This document shows positions 1 to 12,940 of a stretch of 64,000 nt of DNA, piece after piece; positions within the stretch are counted from its first letter, which is position 1; every line of letters begins with the position of its first letter. Location: contig OZ024743.1 of NCBI GenBank assembly GCA_964016885.1, positions 138,446,001 to 138,510,000 on the forward strand. The letters are read 5' to 3'. This DNA comes from Eledone cirrhosa (taxonomy: Eukaryota). Below the pieces are notes generated by a model that was not told the DNA's origin, searched no databases, and saw nothing but the letters and a program-made list of their open reading frames with translations. A program made the position numbers and the translations under genes.

Positions 1-3000
1 TGTTTGGTGTTTCCTGTTTGGTGTTTAGTCTTTGGTGCTTGGTGTTTGGTGCTTGGTGCTTGGTGTTTGGTGTTTGGTGCTTGGTGCTTGGTGTTTGGTG
101 CTTGGTGCTTGTTGTTTGGTGATTGGTGCTTGGTGCTTGGTGTTTGGTGTTTGGTGCTTGGTGCTTGATGCTTGGTGCTTGGTGCTTGGTGTTTGGTGCT
201 TGGTGCTTGGTGTTTGTACTTGGTGTTTGGTGCTTGGTGTTTGGAGCTTGGTGCCTGGTGCGTGGTGTTTGTTGCTTGGTGCTTGGTGTTTGGTGTTTGG
301 TGCTTGGTGTTTGGTGCTTGGTGCTTGGTGTTAGGTGTTAGGTGTTTGGTGCTTGGTGCTTGGTGCTTGGTGTTTGGTGTTTGGTGTTTGGCGCTTGCTG
401 CTTGCTGCTTGGTGTTTGGTGCTTGGTGATTGGTGCTTGGTGTTTGGTGCTTGGTGCTTGGTGTTTGGTGCTAGGTGCTTGGTGCTTGTTGCTTGGTGTT
501 TGGTGTTTGGTGCTTGGTACTTGGGGCTTGGTGTTTGGTGCTTGGTGCTTCGTGTTTGGTGTTTGGTGCTTGGTGCTTGGTGTTTGGTGTTTGGTGCTTG
601 GTGAATGGTGCTTGGTGTTTGGTGCTTGGTGTTTGGTGCTTGGTGCTTGGTGCTTGGTGTTTGGTGCTTGATGCTTGGTGCTTGGTGTTTGGTGCTGGGT
701 GCTTGGTGTTTGGTGATTGGTGCTTGGTTTTTGGTGCTTGGTGTTTGTTGTTTGGTGCTTGGTGCTTGGTGTTTGGTGCTTGGTGATTGGTGCTTGGTGT
801 TTGGTGCTTGGTGCTTGGTGTTTGGTGCTAGGTGCTTGGTGCTTGGTGCTTGGTGTTTGGTGTTTGGTGCTTGGTACTTGGGGCTTGGTGTTTGGTGCTT
901 GGTGCTTCGTGTTTGGTGTTTGGTGCTTGGTGCTTGGTGTTTGGTGTTTGGTGCTTGGTGTTTGGTGCTTGGTGCTTGGTGCTTGGTGCTTGGTGTTTGG
1001 TGCTTGGTGCTTGGTGCTTTGTGTTTGGTGATTGGTGTTTGGTGTTTGGTGCTTGGTGCTTGGTGTTTGGTGCTTGGTGCTTGGTGATTAGTGTTTGGTG
1101 CTTGGTGCTTGGGGTTTGGTGTTTGGTGCTTGGTGCTTGGTGCTTGGTGCTTGGTTCTTGGTGTTTGGTGGTCGGTGCTTGGTGCTTGGTGTTTGGTGCT
1201 TGGTGCTTGGTGTTTGGTGCTTGGTGTTTGGTGCTTGGTGTTTGGTGCTTGGTGCTTGGTGCTTGGTGCATGGTGCTTGGTGTTTGGTGCTTGGTGTTTG
1301 GTGCTTGGTGTTAGGAGTTTGGTGCTTGGTGCTTGGTGTTTGGTGTTTGGTGCTTGGTATTTGGTGCTTAGTGATTGGTGTTTGGTGTTTGGTGCTTGGT
1401 GTTTGGTGCTTGCTACGTGGTGCTTGGTGCTTGGTGTTAGGTGTTTGGTGCTTGGTGCGTGGTGTTTGGTTTTTGGTGCTTGGTGCTTGGTGTTTGGTGA
1501 TTGGTGCTTGCTGCTGGCTGCTTGGTGTTTGGTGCTTGGTGAATGGTGCTTGGTGTTTGGTGCTTGGTGTTTTGTGTTTGGTGCTAGGTGCTTGGTGCTT
1601 GGTGTTTGGTGATGATTGGTGCTTGGTGTTTGGTGTTTGGTGCTTGGTGCTTGGTGTTTGGTGCTTGGTGCTGGGTGGTTGGTGTTTGGTGCTTGGTGTT
1701 TGGTGCTGGGTGCTTGGTGTTAGTGATTGGTGCTTGGTCTTTGGTGCTTGGTGTTTGTTGTTTGGTGCTTGGTGCTTGGTGCTTGGTGTTTGGTGCTTGG
1801 TGCTTGGTGTTTGGTGCTTGGTGCTTAGTGTTTGGTGCTAGGTGCTTGGGGTTTGGTGTTTAGTGCTTGGTGCTTGGTGTTTGGTGCTTGGTGCTTGGTG
1901 CTTGGTCTTTGGTGTTTGGTGTTTAGTGCTTGGTGCTTGGTGCTTGGTGTTTGGTGCTTGGTGCTTGGTGCATTGTGATTAGTGTTTGGTGCTTGGTGCT
2001 TGGGGTTGGTGTTTGGTGCTTGGTGCTTGGTGTTTGGTGATTGGTACTTGGTGTTTGGTGCTTGGTGTTTGCTGTTTGCTGTTTGGTGTTTTTGGTGTTT
2101 GCTGTTTGCTGTTTGGTGTCTGCTTTTTGGTGTTTGGTGTTTGCTCTATGGTGTTTGCTGTTTCATGTTTGGTGTTTGCTGTTTGGTGTTTGGTGTTTGC
2201 TGTTTGGTGTTTGGTCTTTGGTGCTTGGTCTTTGGTGCTTGGTGTTTGGTGCTTGGTGCTTGGTGTTTGGTGTTTGGTGCTTGGTGACTGGTGCTTGTTG
2301 TTTGGTGATTGGTGCTTGGTGTTTGCTGTTGGGTGTTTGGTGTTTGGTGTTTGCTGTTAGGTGTTTGGTGCTTGGTGCTTGGTGCTTGGTGTTTGGTGCT
2401 TGGTGCTTGGTGTTTGGTGCTTGGTGCTTGGTGTTTGGTGCTTGGTGCCTGGTGCTTGTTGTTTGGTGATTGGTGCTTGGTGTTTGCTGTTTGGTGTTTG
2501 GTGTTTGGTGTTTGCTGTTTGGTGTTTGGTGCTGGGTGCTTGGTGTTTGGTGTTTGATGCTTGGTGTTTGATGCTTGGTGCTTGGTGCTTGGTGTTTGCT
2601 GTTTGGTGTTTGCTGTTTGGTGTTTGGTGCTTGGTGCTTGGTGCTTGGTGTTTGGTGCTTGGTGCTTGGTGTTTGGTGCTTGGTGCTTGATGGTTGGTGT
2701 TTATACTTGGTGCTTGGTGCTTGGTGTTTTGTGCTTGATTCTTGGTGTTTGGTGCTTGGTGTTTGCTGCTTGGTGCTTGGTGTTAAGTGTTTCGTGCTTG
2801 GTGTTTGATGTTTGGTGCTTCATGCTTGGTGCTTGGTGTTTGGTGCTTGGTGCCTGGTGCATGGTGTTTGGTGCTTGATGCTTGGTGTTTGGTTTTGGTG
2901 TTTGTTGTTTGGTGTTTGGTGCTTGGTGTTTGGTGCTTGGTGCTTGGTGTTTGGTGCTAGGTGCTTGGTGCTTGGTGCTTGGTGTTTGGTGTTTGGTGCT

Positions 3001-5960
3001 TGGTACTTGGGGCTTGGTGTTTGGTGCTTGGTGCTTCGTGCTTGGTGTTTCCTGTTTGGTGTTTAGTCTTTGGTGTTTGGTGTTTGGTGCTTGGTGCTTG
3101 GTGTTTGGTGTTTGGTGCTTGGGGCTTGGTGTTTGGTGCTGCGTGCTTGGTGCTTGGTGCTTGGTGCTTGGTGCTTGGTGTTTGGTGTTTGATGATTGGT
3201 GTTTGGTGTTTGGTGTTTGGTGCTTGGTGCTTGGTGTTTGGTGTTTGATGCTTGCTGCTTGATGCTTGGTGCTTGGTGCTTGGTGTTTGGTGCTTGGTGC
3301 TTGGTGTTTGGTGCTTGGTACTTGGTGTTTGGTGCTTGGTGTTTGCTGTTTGCTGTTTGGTGTTTGGTGTTTGCTGTATCGTGTTTGCTGTTTCGTGTTT
3401 ATTGTTTGCTGTTTGGTGTTTGGTGTTTGGTGTTTGGTGTTTCCTGTTTGGTGTTTAGTCTTTGGTGCTTGGTGTTTGGTGCTTGGTGCTTGGTGTTTGG
3501 TGTTTGGTGCTTGGTGCTTGGTGTTTGGTGCTTGGTGCTTGTTGTTTGGTGATTGGTGCTTGGTGCTTGGTGTTTGGTGTTTGGTGCTTGGTGCTTGATG
3601 CTTGGTGCTTGGTGCTTGGTGTTTGGTGCTTGGTGCTTGGTGTTTGTACTTGGTGTTTGGTGCTTGGTGTTTGGAGCTTGGTGCCTGGTGCGTGGTGTTT
3701 GTTGCTTGGTGCTTGGTGTTTGGTGTTTGGTGCTTGGTGTTTGGTGCTTGGTGCTTGGTGTTAGGTGTTAGGTGTTTGGTGCTTGGTGCTTGGTGCTTGG
3801 TGTTTGGTGTTTGGTGTTTGGCGCTTGCTGCTTGCTGCTTGGTGTTTGGTGCTTGGTGATTGGTGCTTGGTGTTTGGTGCTTGGTGCTTGGTGTTTGGTG
3901 CTAGGTGCTTGGTGCTTGTTGCTTGGTGTTTGGTGTTTGGTGCTTGGTACTTGGGGCTTGGTGTTTGGTGCTTGGTGCTTCGTGTTTGGTGTTTGGTGCT
4001 TGGTGCTTGGTGTTTGGTGTTTGGTGCTTGGTGTTTGGTGCTTGGTGCTTGGTGCTTGGTGCTTGGTGTTTGGTGCTTGGTGCTTGGTGCTTTGTGTTTG
4101 GTGATTGGTGTTTGGTGTTTGGTGCTTGGTGCTTGGTGTTTGGTGCTTGGTGCTTGGTGATTAGTGTTTGGTGCTTGGTGCTTGGGGTTTGGTGTTTGGT
4201 GCTTGGTGCTTGGTGCTTGGTGCTTGGTTCTTGGTGTTTGGTGGTCGGTGCTTGGTGCTTGGTGTTTGGTGCTTGGTGCTTGGTGTTTGGTGCTTGGTGT
4301 TTGGTGCTTGGTGTTTGGTGCTTGGTGCTTGGTGCTTGGTGCATGGTGCTTGGTGTTTGGTGCTTGGTGTTTGGTGCTTGGTGTTAGGAGTTTGGTGCTT
4401 GGTGCTTGGTGTTTGGTGTTTGGTGCTTGGTATTTGGTGCTTAGTGATTGGTGTTTGGTGTTTGGTGCTTGGTGTTTGGTGCTTGCTACGTGGTGCTTGG
4501 TGCTTGGTGTTAGGTGTTTGGTGCTTGGTGCGTGGTGTTTGGTTTTTGGTGCTTGGTGCTTGGTGTTTGGTGATTGGTGCTTGCTGCTGGCTGCTTGGTG
4601 TTTGGTGCTTGGTGAATGGTGCTTGGTCTTTGGTGCTTGGTGTTTGGTGTTTGGTGCTAGGTGCTTGGTGCTTGGTGTTTGGTGATGATTGGTGCTTGGT
4701 GTTTGGTGTTTGGTGCTTGGTGCTTGGTGTTTGTTGCTTGGTGCTGGGTGGTTGGTGTTTGGTGCTTGGTGTTTGGTGCTGGGTGCTTGGTGTTTGGTGA
4801 TTGGTGCTTGGTCTTTGGTGCTTGGTGTTTGTTGTTTGGTGCTTGGTGCTTGGTGCTTGGTGTTTGGTGCTTGGTGCTTGGTGTTTGGTGCTTGGTGCTT
4901 AGTGTTTGGTGCCAGGTGCTTGGGGTTTGGTGTTTAGTGCTTGGTGCTTGGTGTTTGGTGCTTGGTGCTTGGTGCTTGGTCTTTGGTTTTTGGTGTTTAG
5001 TGCTTGGTGCTTGGTGCTTGGTGTTTGGTGCTTGGTGCTTGGTGCATTGTGATTAGTGTTTGGTGCTTGGTGCTTGGGGTTTGGTGTTTGGTGCTTGGTG
5101 CTTGGTGTTTGGTGATTGGTACTTGGTGTTTGGTGCTTGGTGTTTGCTGTTTGCTGTTTGGTGTTTTTGGTGTTTGCTGTTTGATGTTTGGTGTCTGCTT
5201 TTTGGTGTTTGGTGTTTGCTCTATGGTGTTTGCTGTTTCATGTTTGGTGTTTGCTGTTTGGTGTTTGGTGTTTGCTGTTTGGTGTTTGGTCTTTGGTGCT
5301 TGGTCTTTGGTGCTTGGTGTTTGGTGCTTGGTGCTTGGTGTTTGGTGTTTGGTGCTTGGTGACTGGTGCTTGTTGTTTGGTGATTGGTGCTTGGTGTTTG
5401 CTGTTTGGTGTTTGGTGTTTGGTGTTTGCTGTTTGGTGTTTGGTGCTTGGTGCTTGGTGCTTGGTGTTTGGTGCTTGGTGCTTGGTGTTTGGTGCTTGGT
5501 GCTTGGTGTTTGGTGCTTGGTGCCTGGTGCTTGTTGTTTGGTGATTGGTGCTTGGTGTTTGCTGTTTGGTGTTTGGTGCTTGGTGTTTGCTGTTTGGTGT
5601 TTGGTGCTGGGTGCTTGGTGTTTGGTGTTTGATGCTTGGTGTTTGATGCTTGGTGCTTGGTGCTTGGTGTTTGCTGTTTGGTGTTTGCTGTTTGGTGTTT
5701 GGTGCTTGGTGCTTGGTGCTTGGTGTTTGGTGCTTGGTGCTTGGTGTTTGGTGCTTGGTGCTTGATGGTTGGTGTTTATACTTGGTGCTTAGTGCTTGGT
5801 GTTTTGTGCTTGATTCTTGGTGTTTGGTGCTTGGTGTTTGCTGCTTGGTGCTTGGTGTTAAGTGTTTGGTGCTTGGTGTTTGATGTTTGGTGCTTCATGC
5901 TTGGTGCTTGGTGTTTGGTGCTTGGTGCCTGGTGCATGGTGTTTGGTGCTTGATGCTTGG
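1..5960 (+). repeat. Higher-order tandem duplication: ~1-2880 repeated at ~3431-5960 (offset 3430, then 3073-3075 after a 357-bp extra segment in copy 1)
   Basis: Identical ORF translations at 32/3462, 123/3553 and 172/3602 (offset 3430); near-identical at 828/3901 and 1091/4164 (3073) and 2561/5636 (3075). The CTAGG landmark is at 471 and 828 in copy 1 but only at 3901 in copy 2. GCTACGTGG is at 1412 and 4485. Confidence 0.92.
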
Positions 5961-7269
5961 TGTTTGGTGTTTGGTGCTTGGTGTTTGGTGCTTGGTGCTT
6001 GGTGCTTGGTGTTAGGTGTTAGGTGTTTGATGCTTGGTGCTTGGTGTTTGGTGTTTGGTGTTTGGTGTTTGCTGTTTGGTGTTTGGTCTTTGGTGCTTGG
6101 TCTTTGGTGCATGGTGTTTGGTGCTTGGTGCTTGGTGTTTGGTGCTTGGTGCCTGGTGCTTGTTGTTTGGTGTTTGGTGTTTGCTGTTTTGTGTTTGGTG
6201 CTTGGTGCTTGGTGCTTGGTGTTTGGTGCTTGGTGCTTGGTGTTTGGTGCTTGGTGCTTGATGCTTGGTGTTTGTACTTGGTGCTTGGTGCATGGTGTTT
6301 TGTGCTTGATTCTTGGTGTTTGGTGCTTGGTGTTTGGTGATAAGTGCTTGGTGTTTGGTGTTTGGTGCTTGGTGTTTGGTGCTTGGTGCTTGGTGCTTGG
6401 TGTTTGGTGTTTGGTGCTTCATGCTTGGTGCTTGGTGTTTGGTGCTTGGTGCTTGGTGTTTGGTGCTTGGTGCCTGGTGCATGGTGTTTGGTGCTTGATG
6501 CTTGGTGTTTGGTGTTTGGTGCTTGGTGTTTGGGGCTTGGTGCTTGGTGCTTGGTGTTAGGTGTTAGGTGTTTGGTGATTGGTGCTTGGTGTTTGGTGCT
6601 TGGTGCTTGATGTTTGGTGCTTGGTGCTTGGTGTTTGGTGCTTGGTGTTTGGTGCTTGGTACTTGGGGCTTGGTGTTTGGTGCTTGATGCTTGGTGCTTG
6701 GTGTTTGGTGCTTGGTGCTTGGTGTTTGGTGTTTGGTGCTTGGTGTTTGGTGCTTGGTGCTTGGTGCTGGGTGGTTGGTGTTTGGTGCTTGGTGCTTGGT
6801 GTTTGGTGCTTGGTGCTTGGTGCTTGGTGTTTGGTGCTTGGCGCTTGGTGCTTGGTGTTTGGTGCTTGGTGATTAGTGTTTGGTGCTTGGTGCTTGGGGT
6901 TTGGTGTTTGGTGCTTGGTGCTTGGTGTTTGGTGCTTGGTGCTCGGTGTTTGGTGCTTGGTGTTTGGTTTTTGATGTTTGGTGTTTGGTGTTTGCTGTTT
7001 GGTGTCTGCTTTCTGGTGTTTGGTGTTTGCTGTATCGTGTTTGCTGTTTCGTGTTTATTGTTTGCTGTTTGGTGTTTGTTGTTTGGTGTTTGGTGTTTCC
7101 TGTTTGGTGTTTAGTCTTTGGTGTTTGGTGTTTGGTGCTTGGTGCTTGGTGTTTGGTGTTTGGTGCTTGGGGCTTGGTGTTTGGTGCTGCGTGCTTGGTG
7201 CTTGGTGCTTGGTGCTTGGTGTTGGTGTTTGATGATTGGTGTTTGGTGTTTGGTGTTTGGTGCTTGGTA

Positions 7270-9280
7270 CTTGGTGTTTGGTGTTTGATGCTTGCTGCTT
7301 GATGCTTGGTGCTTGGTGCTTGGTGTTTGGTGCTTGGTGCTTGGTGTTTGGTGCTTGGTACTTGTGTTTGGTGCTTGGTGTTTGCTGTTTGCTGTTTGGT
7401 GTTTGGTGTTTGCTGTTTGCTATTTGGTGTCTGCTTTTTGGTGTTTGTTGTTTGCTCTATGGTGTTTGCTGTTTCATGTTTGGTGTTTGCTGTTTGGTGT
7501 TTGGTGTTTGCTGTTTGGTGTTTGGTGCTTGGTGTTTGGTGCTTGGTGCTTGTTGTTTGGTGATTGGTGCTTGGTGCTTGGTGTTTGCTGTTTGGTGCTT
7601 GGGGCTTGGTGTTTGGTGCTGCGTGCTTGGTGCTTGGTGCTTGGTGTTTGGTGTTTGATGATTGGCGTTTGGTGTTTGGTGTTTGGTGCTTGGTGCTTGG
7701 TGTTTGGTGTTTGATGCTTGCTGCTTGATGCTTGGTGCTTGGTGCTTGGTGTTTGGTGCTTGGTGCTTGGTGTTTGGTGCTTGGTACTTGGTGTTTGGTG
7801 CTTGGTGTTTGCTGTTTGCTGTTTGGTGTTTGGTGTTTGCTGTTTGCTGTTTGGTGTCTGCTTTTTGGTGTTTGTTGTTTGCTCTATGGTGTTTGCTGTT
7901 TCGTGTTTGGTGTTTGCTGATTGGTGTTTGGTGCTTGGTGTTTGGTGCTTGGTGCTTGGTGTTTGGTGCTAGGTGCTTGGTGTTTGGTGCTTGGTGTTTG
8001 GTGTTTGGTGCTTGGTACTTGGGGCTTGGTGTTTGGTGCTTGGTGCTTCGTGCTTGTTGTTTGGTGCTTGGTGCCTGGTGCTTGTTGTTTGGTGATTGGT
8101 GCTTGGTGTTTGCTGTTTGGTGCTGCGTGCTTGGTGCTTGGTGCTTGGTGCTTGGTGCTTGGTGTTTTGTGTTTGGTGTTTGATGCTTGGTGTTTGGTGT
8201 TTGGTGCTTGATGCTTGGTGTTTGGTGTTTGATGCTTGGTGCTTGATGCTTGGTGCTTGGTGCTTGGTGCTTGGTGCTTGGTGTTTGGTGTTTGATGCTT
8301 GCTGCTTGATGCTTGGTGTTTGGTGCTTGGTGCTTGGTGTTTGGTGCTTGGTGTTTGGTGCTTGGTACTTGGTGTTTGGTGCTTGGTGTTTGCTGTTTGC
8401 AGTTTGGTGTTTGGTGTTTGCTGTTTGCTGTTTGGTGTCTGCTTTTTGGTGTTTGTTGTTTGCTCTATGGTGTTTGCTGTTTCATGTTTGGTGTTTGCTG
8501 TTTGGTGTTTGGTGTTTGCTGTTTGGTGTTTGGTGCTTGGTGTTTGGTGCTTGGTGCTTGTTGTTTGGTGATTGGTGCTTGGTGCTTGGTGTTTGCTGTT
8601 TGGTGCTTGGGGCTTGGTGTTTGGTGCTGCGTGCTTGGTGCTTGGTGCTTGGTGTTTGGTGTTTGATGATTGGCGTTTGGTGTTTGGTGTTTGGTGCTTG
8701 GTGCTTGGTGTTTGGTGTTTGATGCTTGCTGCTTGATGCTTGGTGCTTGGTGCTTGGTGTTTGGTGCTTGGTGCTTGGTGTTTGGTGCTTGGTACTTGGT
8801 GTTTGGTGCTTGGTGTTTGCTGTTTGCTGTTTGGTGTTTGGTGTTTGCTGTTTGCTGTTTGGTGTCTGCTTTTTGGTGTTTGTTGTTTGCTCTATGGTGT
8901 TTGCTGTTTCGTGTTTGGTGTTTGCTGTTTGGTGTTTGGTGCTTGGTGTTTGGTGCTTGGTGCTTGGTGTTTGGTGCTATGTGCTTAGTGTTTGGTGCTT
9001 GGTGTTTGGTGTTTGGTGCTTGGTACTTGGGGCTTGGTGTTTGGTGCTTGGTGCTTCGTGCTTGGTGTTTGGTGCTTGGTGCCTGGTGCTTGTTGTTTGG
9101 TGATTGGTGCTTGGTGTTTGCTGTTTGGTGCTGCGTGCTTGGTGCTTGGTGCTTGGTGCTTGGTGCTTGGTGTTTTGTGTTTGGTGTTTGATGCTTGGTG
9201 TTTGGTGTTTGGTGCTTGATGCTTGGTGTTTGGTGTTTGATGCTTGGTGCTTGATGCTTGGTGCTTGGTGCTTGGTGTTT
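7270..9280 (+). repeat. Tandem duplication, period ~1008 bp (144 units), each copy containing an older ~427-bp internal repeat
   Basis: ORF starts 7662/8670, 7718/8726 and 8096/9104 differ by 1008; 7292/7718 and 8299/8726 differ by 426-427. Confidence 0.9.
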
Positions 9281-12200
9281 GGTGCTTGGTGCTTGGTGTT
9301 TGGTGTTTGGTGCTTGGTGTTTGGTGCTTGGTGCTTGGTGCTTGGTGTTAGGTGTTTGGTGCTTCATGCCTGGTGCTTGGTGTTTGGTGCTTGGTGCATG
9401 GTGTTTGGTGCTTGGTGCCTGGTGCATGGTGTTTGTTGCTTGGTGCTTGGTGTTTGGTGTTTGGTGCTTGGTGTTTGGTGCTTGGTGCTTGGTGTTAGGT
9501 GTTAGGTGTTTGGTGCTTGGTGCTTGGTGCTTGGTGTTTGGTGTTTGGTGTTTGGCGCTTGCTGCTTGCTGCTTGGTGTTTGGTGCTTGGTGATTGGTGC
9601 TTGGTGTTTGGTGCTTGGTGCTTGGTGTTTGGTGCTAGGTGCTTGGTGCTTGGTGCTTGGTATTTGGTGTTTGGTGCTTGGTACTTGGGGCTTGGTGTTT
9701 GGTGCTTGGTGCTTCGTGTTTGGTGTTTGGTGCTTGGTGCCTGGTGTTTGGTGTTTGGTGCTTGGTGTTTGGTGCTTGGTGCTTGGTGCTTGGTGCTTGG
9801 TGTTTGGTGCTTGGTGCTTGGTGCTTGGTGTTTGGCGATTGGTGTTTGGTGTTTGGTGCTTGGTGCTTGGTGTTTGGTGCTTGGTGCTTGGTGATTAGTG
9901 TTTGGTGCTTGGTGCTTTGGGTTTGGTGTTTGGTGCTTGGTGCTTGGTGCTTGGTGCTTGGTTCTTGGTGTTTGGTGCTTGGTGCTTGGTGCTTGGTGTT
10001 TGGTGCTTGGTGCTTGGTGTTTGGTGCTTGGTGTTTGGTGCTTGGTGTTTGGTGCTTGGTGCTTGGTGCTTGGTGCATGGTGCTTGGTGTTTGGTGCTTG
10101 GTGTTTGGTGCTTGGTGTTAGGAGTTTGGTGCTTGGTGCTTGGTGTTTGGTGTTTGGTGCTTGGTATTTGGTGCTTGGTGCTTGCTGTTTGGTGTTTGGT
10201 GCTTGGTGTTTGGTGCTTGCTACGTGGTGCTTGGTGCTTGGTGTTAGGTGTTTGGTGCTTGGTGCGTGGTGTTTGGTTTTTCGGTGCTTGGTGCTTGGTG
10301 TTTGGTGTTTGGTGCTTGCTGCTGGCTGCTTGGTGTTTGGTGCTTGGTGATTGGTGCTTGGTGTTTGGTGCTTGGTGTTTGGTGTTTGGTGCTAGGTGCT
10401 TGGTGCTTGGTGTTTGGTGATGATTGGTGCTTGGTGCTTGGTCTTTGGTGCTTGGTGTTTGGTGTTTCGTGCTTGGTGCTTGGTGCTTGGTGTTTGGTGC
10501 TTGGTGCTTGGTGTTTGGTGCTTGGTGCTTAGTGTTTGGTGCTAGGTGCTTGGGGTTTGGTGTTTAGTGCTTGGTGCTTGGTGTTTGGTGCTTGGTGCTT
10601 GGTGCTTGGTCTTTGGTCTTTGGTGTTTAGTGCTTGGTGCTTGGTGCTTGGTGTTTGGTGCTTGGTGCTTGGTGCATTGTGATTAGTGTTTGGTGCTTGG
10701 TGCTTGGGGTTTGGTGTTTGGTGCTTGGTGCTTGGTGTTTGGTGATTGGTACTTGGTGTTTGGTGCTTGGTGTTTGCTGTTTGCTGTTTGCTGTTTTTGG
10801 TGTTTGCTGTTTGCTGTTTGGTGTCTGCTTTTTGGTGTTTGGTGTTTGCTCTATGGTGTTTGCTGTTTCATGTTTGGTGTTTGCTGTTTGGTGTTTGGTG
10901 TTTGCTGTTTGGTGTTTGGTCTTTGGTGCTTGGTCTTTGATGCTTGGTGTTTGGTGCTTGGTGCTTGGTGTTTGGTGTTTGGTGCGTGGTGACTGGTGCT
11001 TGTTGTTTGGTGATTGGTGCTTGGTGTTTGCTGTTTGGTGTTTGGTGTTTGGTGTTTGCTGTTTGGTGTTTGGTGCTTGGTGCTTGGTGCTTGGTGTTTG
11101 GTGCTTGGTGCTTGTTGTTTGGTGCTTGGTGCTTGGTGTTTGGTGCTTGGTGCCTGGTGCTTGTTGTTTGGTGATTGGTGCTTGGTGTTTGCTGTCTGGT
11201 GTTTGGTGTTTGGTGTTTGCTGTTCGGTGTTTGGTGCTGGGTGCTTGGTGTTTGTTGTTTGATGCTTGGTGTTTGATGCTTGGTGCTTGGTGCTTGGTGT
11301 TTGGTGTTTGGTGTTTGCTGTTTGGTGTTTGGTGCTTGGTGCTTGGTGCTTGGTGTTTGGTGCTTGGTGCTTGGTGTTTGGTGCTTGGTGCTTGATGGTT
11401 GGTGTTTGTACTTGGTGCTTGGTGCTTGGTGTTTTGTGCTTGATTCTTGGTGTTTGGTGCTTGGTGTTTGCTGCTTAGTGCTTGGTGTTTGGTGTTTGGT
11501 GCTTGGTGTTTGGTGCTTGGTGCTTGGTGCTTGGTGTTAAGTGTTTGGTGCTTGGTGTTTGATGTTTGGTGCTTCATGCTTGGTGCTTGGTGTTTGGTGC
11601 TTGGTGCCTGGTGCATGGTGTTTGGTGCTTGATGCTTGGTGTTTGGTTTTTGGTGCTTGGTGTTTGGTGCTTGGTGCTTGGTGCTTGGTGTTAGGTGTTA
11701 GGTGTTTGATGCTTGGTGCTTGGTGTTTGGTGTTTGGTGTTTGGTGTTTGCTGTTTGGTGTTTGGTCTTTGGTGGTTGGTCTTTGGTGCATGGTGTTTGG
11801 TGCTTGGTGCTTGGTGTTTGGTGCTTGGTGCCTGGTGCTTGTTGTTTGGTGATTGGTGCTTGGTGTTTCCTGTTTGGTGTTTGGTGTTTGGTGTTTGCTG
11901 TTTTGTGTTTGGTGCTTGGTGCTTGGTGCTTGGTGTTTGGTGCTTGGTGCTTGGTGTTTGGTGCTTGGTGCTTGATGCTTGGTGTTTGTACTTGGTGCTT
12001 GGTGCATGGTGTTTTGTGCTTGATTCTTGGTGTTTGGTGTTTGGTGCTTGGTGTTTGGTGCTTGGTGCTTGGTGCTTGGTCTTTGGTGTTTGGTGCTTCA
12101 TGCTTGGTGCTTGGTGTTTGGTGCTTGGTGCTTGGTGTTTGGTGCTTGGTGCCTGGTGCATGGTGTTTGGTGCTTGATGCTTGGTGTTTGGTGTTTGGTG

Positions 12201-12424
12201 CTTGGTTTTTGGTGCTTGGTGCTTGGTGCTTGGTGTTAGGTGTTAGGTGTTTGGTGATTGGTGCTTGGTGTTTGGTGCTTGGTGCTTGATGTTTGGTGCT
12301 TGGTGCTTGGTGTTTGGTGCTTGGTGTTTGGTGCTTGGTACTTGGGGCTTGGTGTTTGGTGCTTGGTGCTTGGTGCTTGGTGTTTGGTGCTTGGTGCTTG
12401 GTGTTTGGTGTTTGGTGCCTGGTG

Positions 12425-12940
12425 TTTGGTGCTTGGTGCCTGGTGCTTGTTGTTTGGTGATTGGTGCTTGGTGTTTGCTGTCTGGTGTTTGGTGTTTGGT
12501 GTTTGCTGTTTGGTGTTTGGTGCTGGGTGCTTGGTGTTTGTTGTTTGATGCTTGGTGTTTGATGCTTGGTGCTTGGTGCTTGGTGTTTGGTGTTTGGTGT
12601 TTGCTGTTTGGTGTTTGGTGCTTGGTGCTTGGTGCTTGGTGTTTGGTGCTTGGTGCTTGGTGTTTGGTGCTTGGTGCTTGGTGTTTGGTGCTTGGTGCCT
12701 GGTGCTTGTTGTTTGGTGATTGGTGCTTGGTGTTTGCTGTCTGGTGTTTGGTGTTTGGTGTTTGCTGTTTGGTGTTTGGTGCTGGGTGCTTGGTGTTTGT
12801 TGTTTGATGCTTGGTGTTTGATGCTTGGTGCTTGGTGCTTGGTGTTTGGTGTTTGGTGTTTGCTGTTTGGTGTTTGGTGCTTGGTGCTTGGTGCTTGGTG
12901 TTTGGTGCTTGGTGCTTGGTGTTTGGTGCTTGGTGCTTGA
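12425..12940 (+). repeat. Tandem duplication, period 259 bp (37 units)
   Basis: CCTGGTGCTTGTTGTTTGGTGATT...GCTGTCTGG landmark at 12439 and 12698; ORF ends 12548/12807. Confidence 0.85.
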
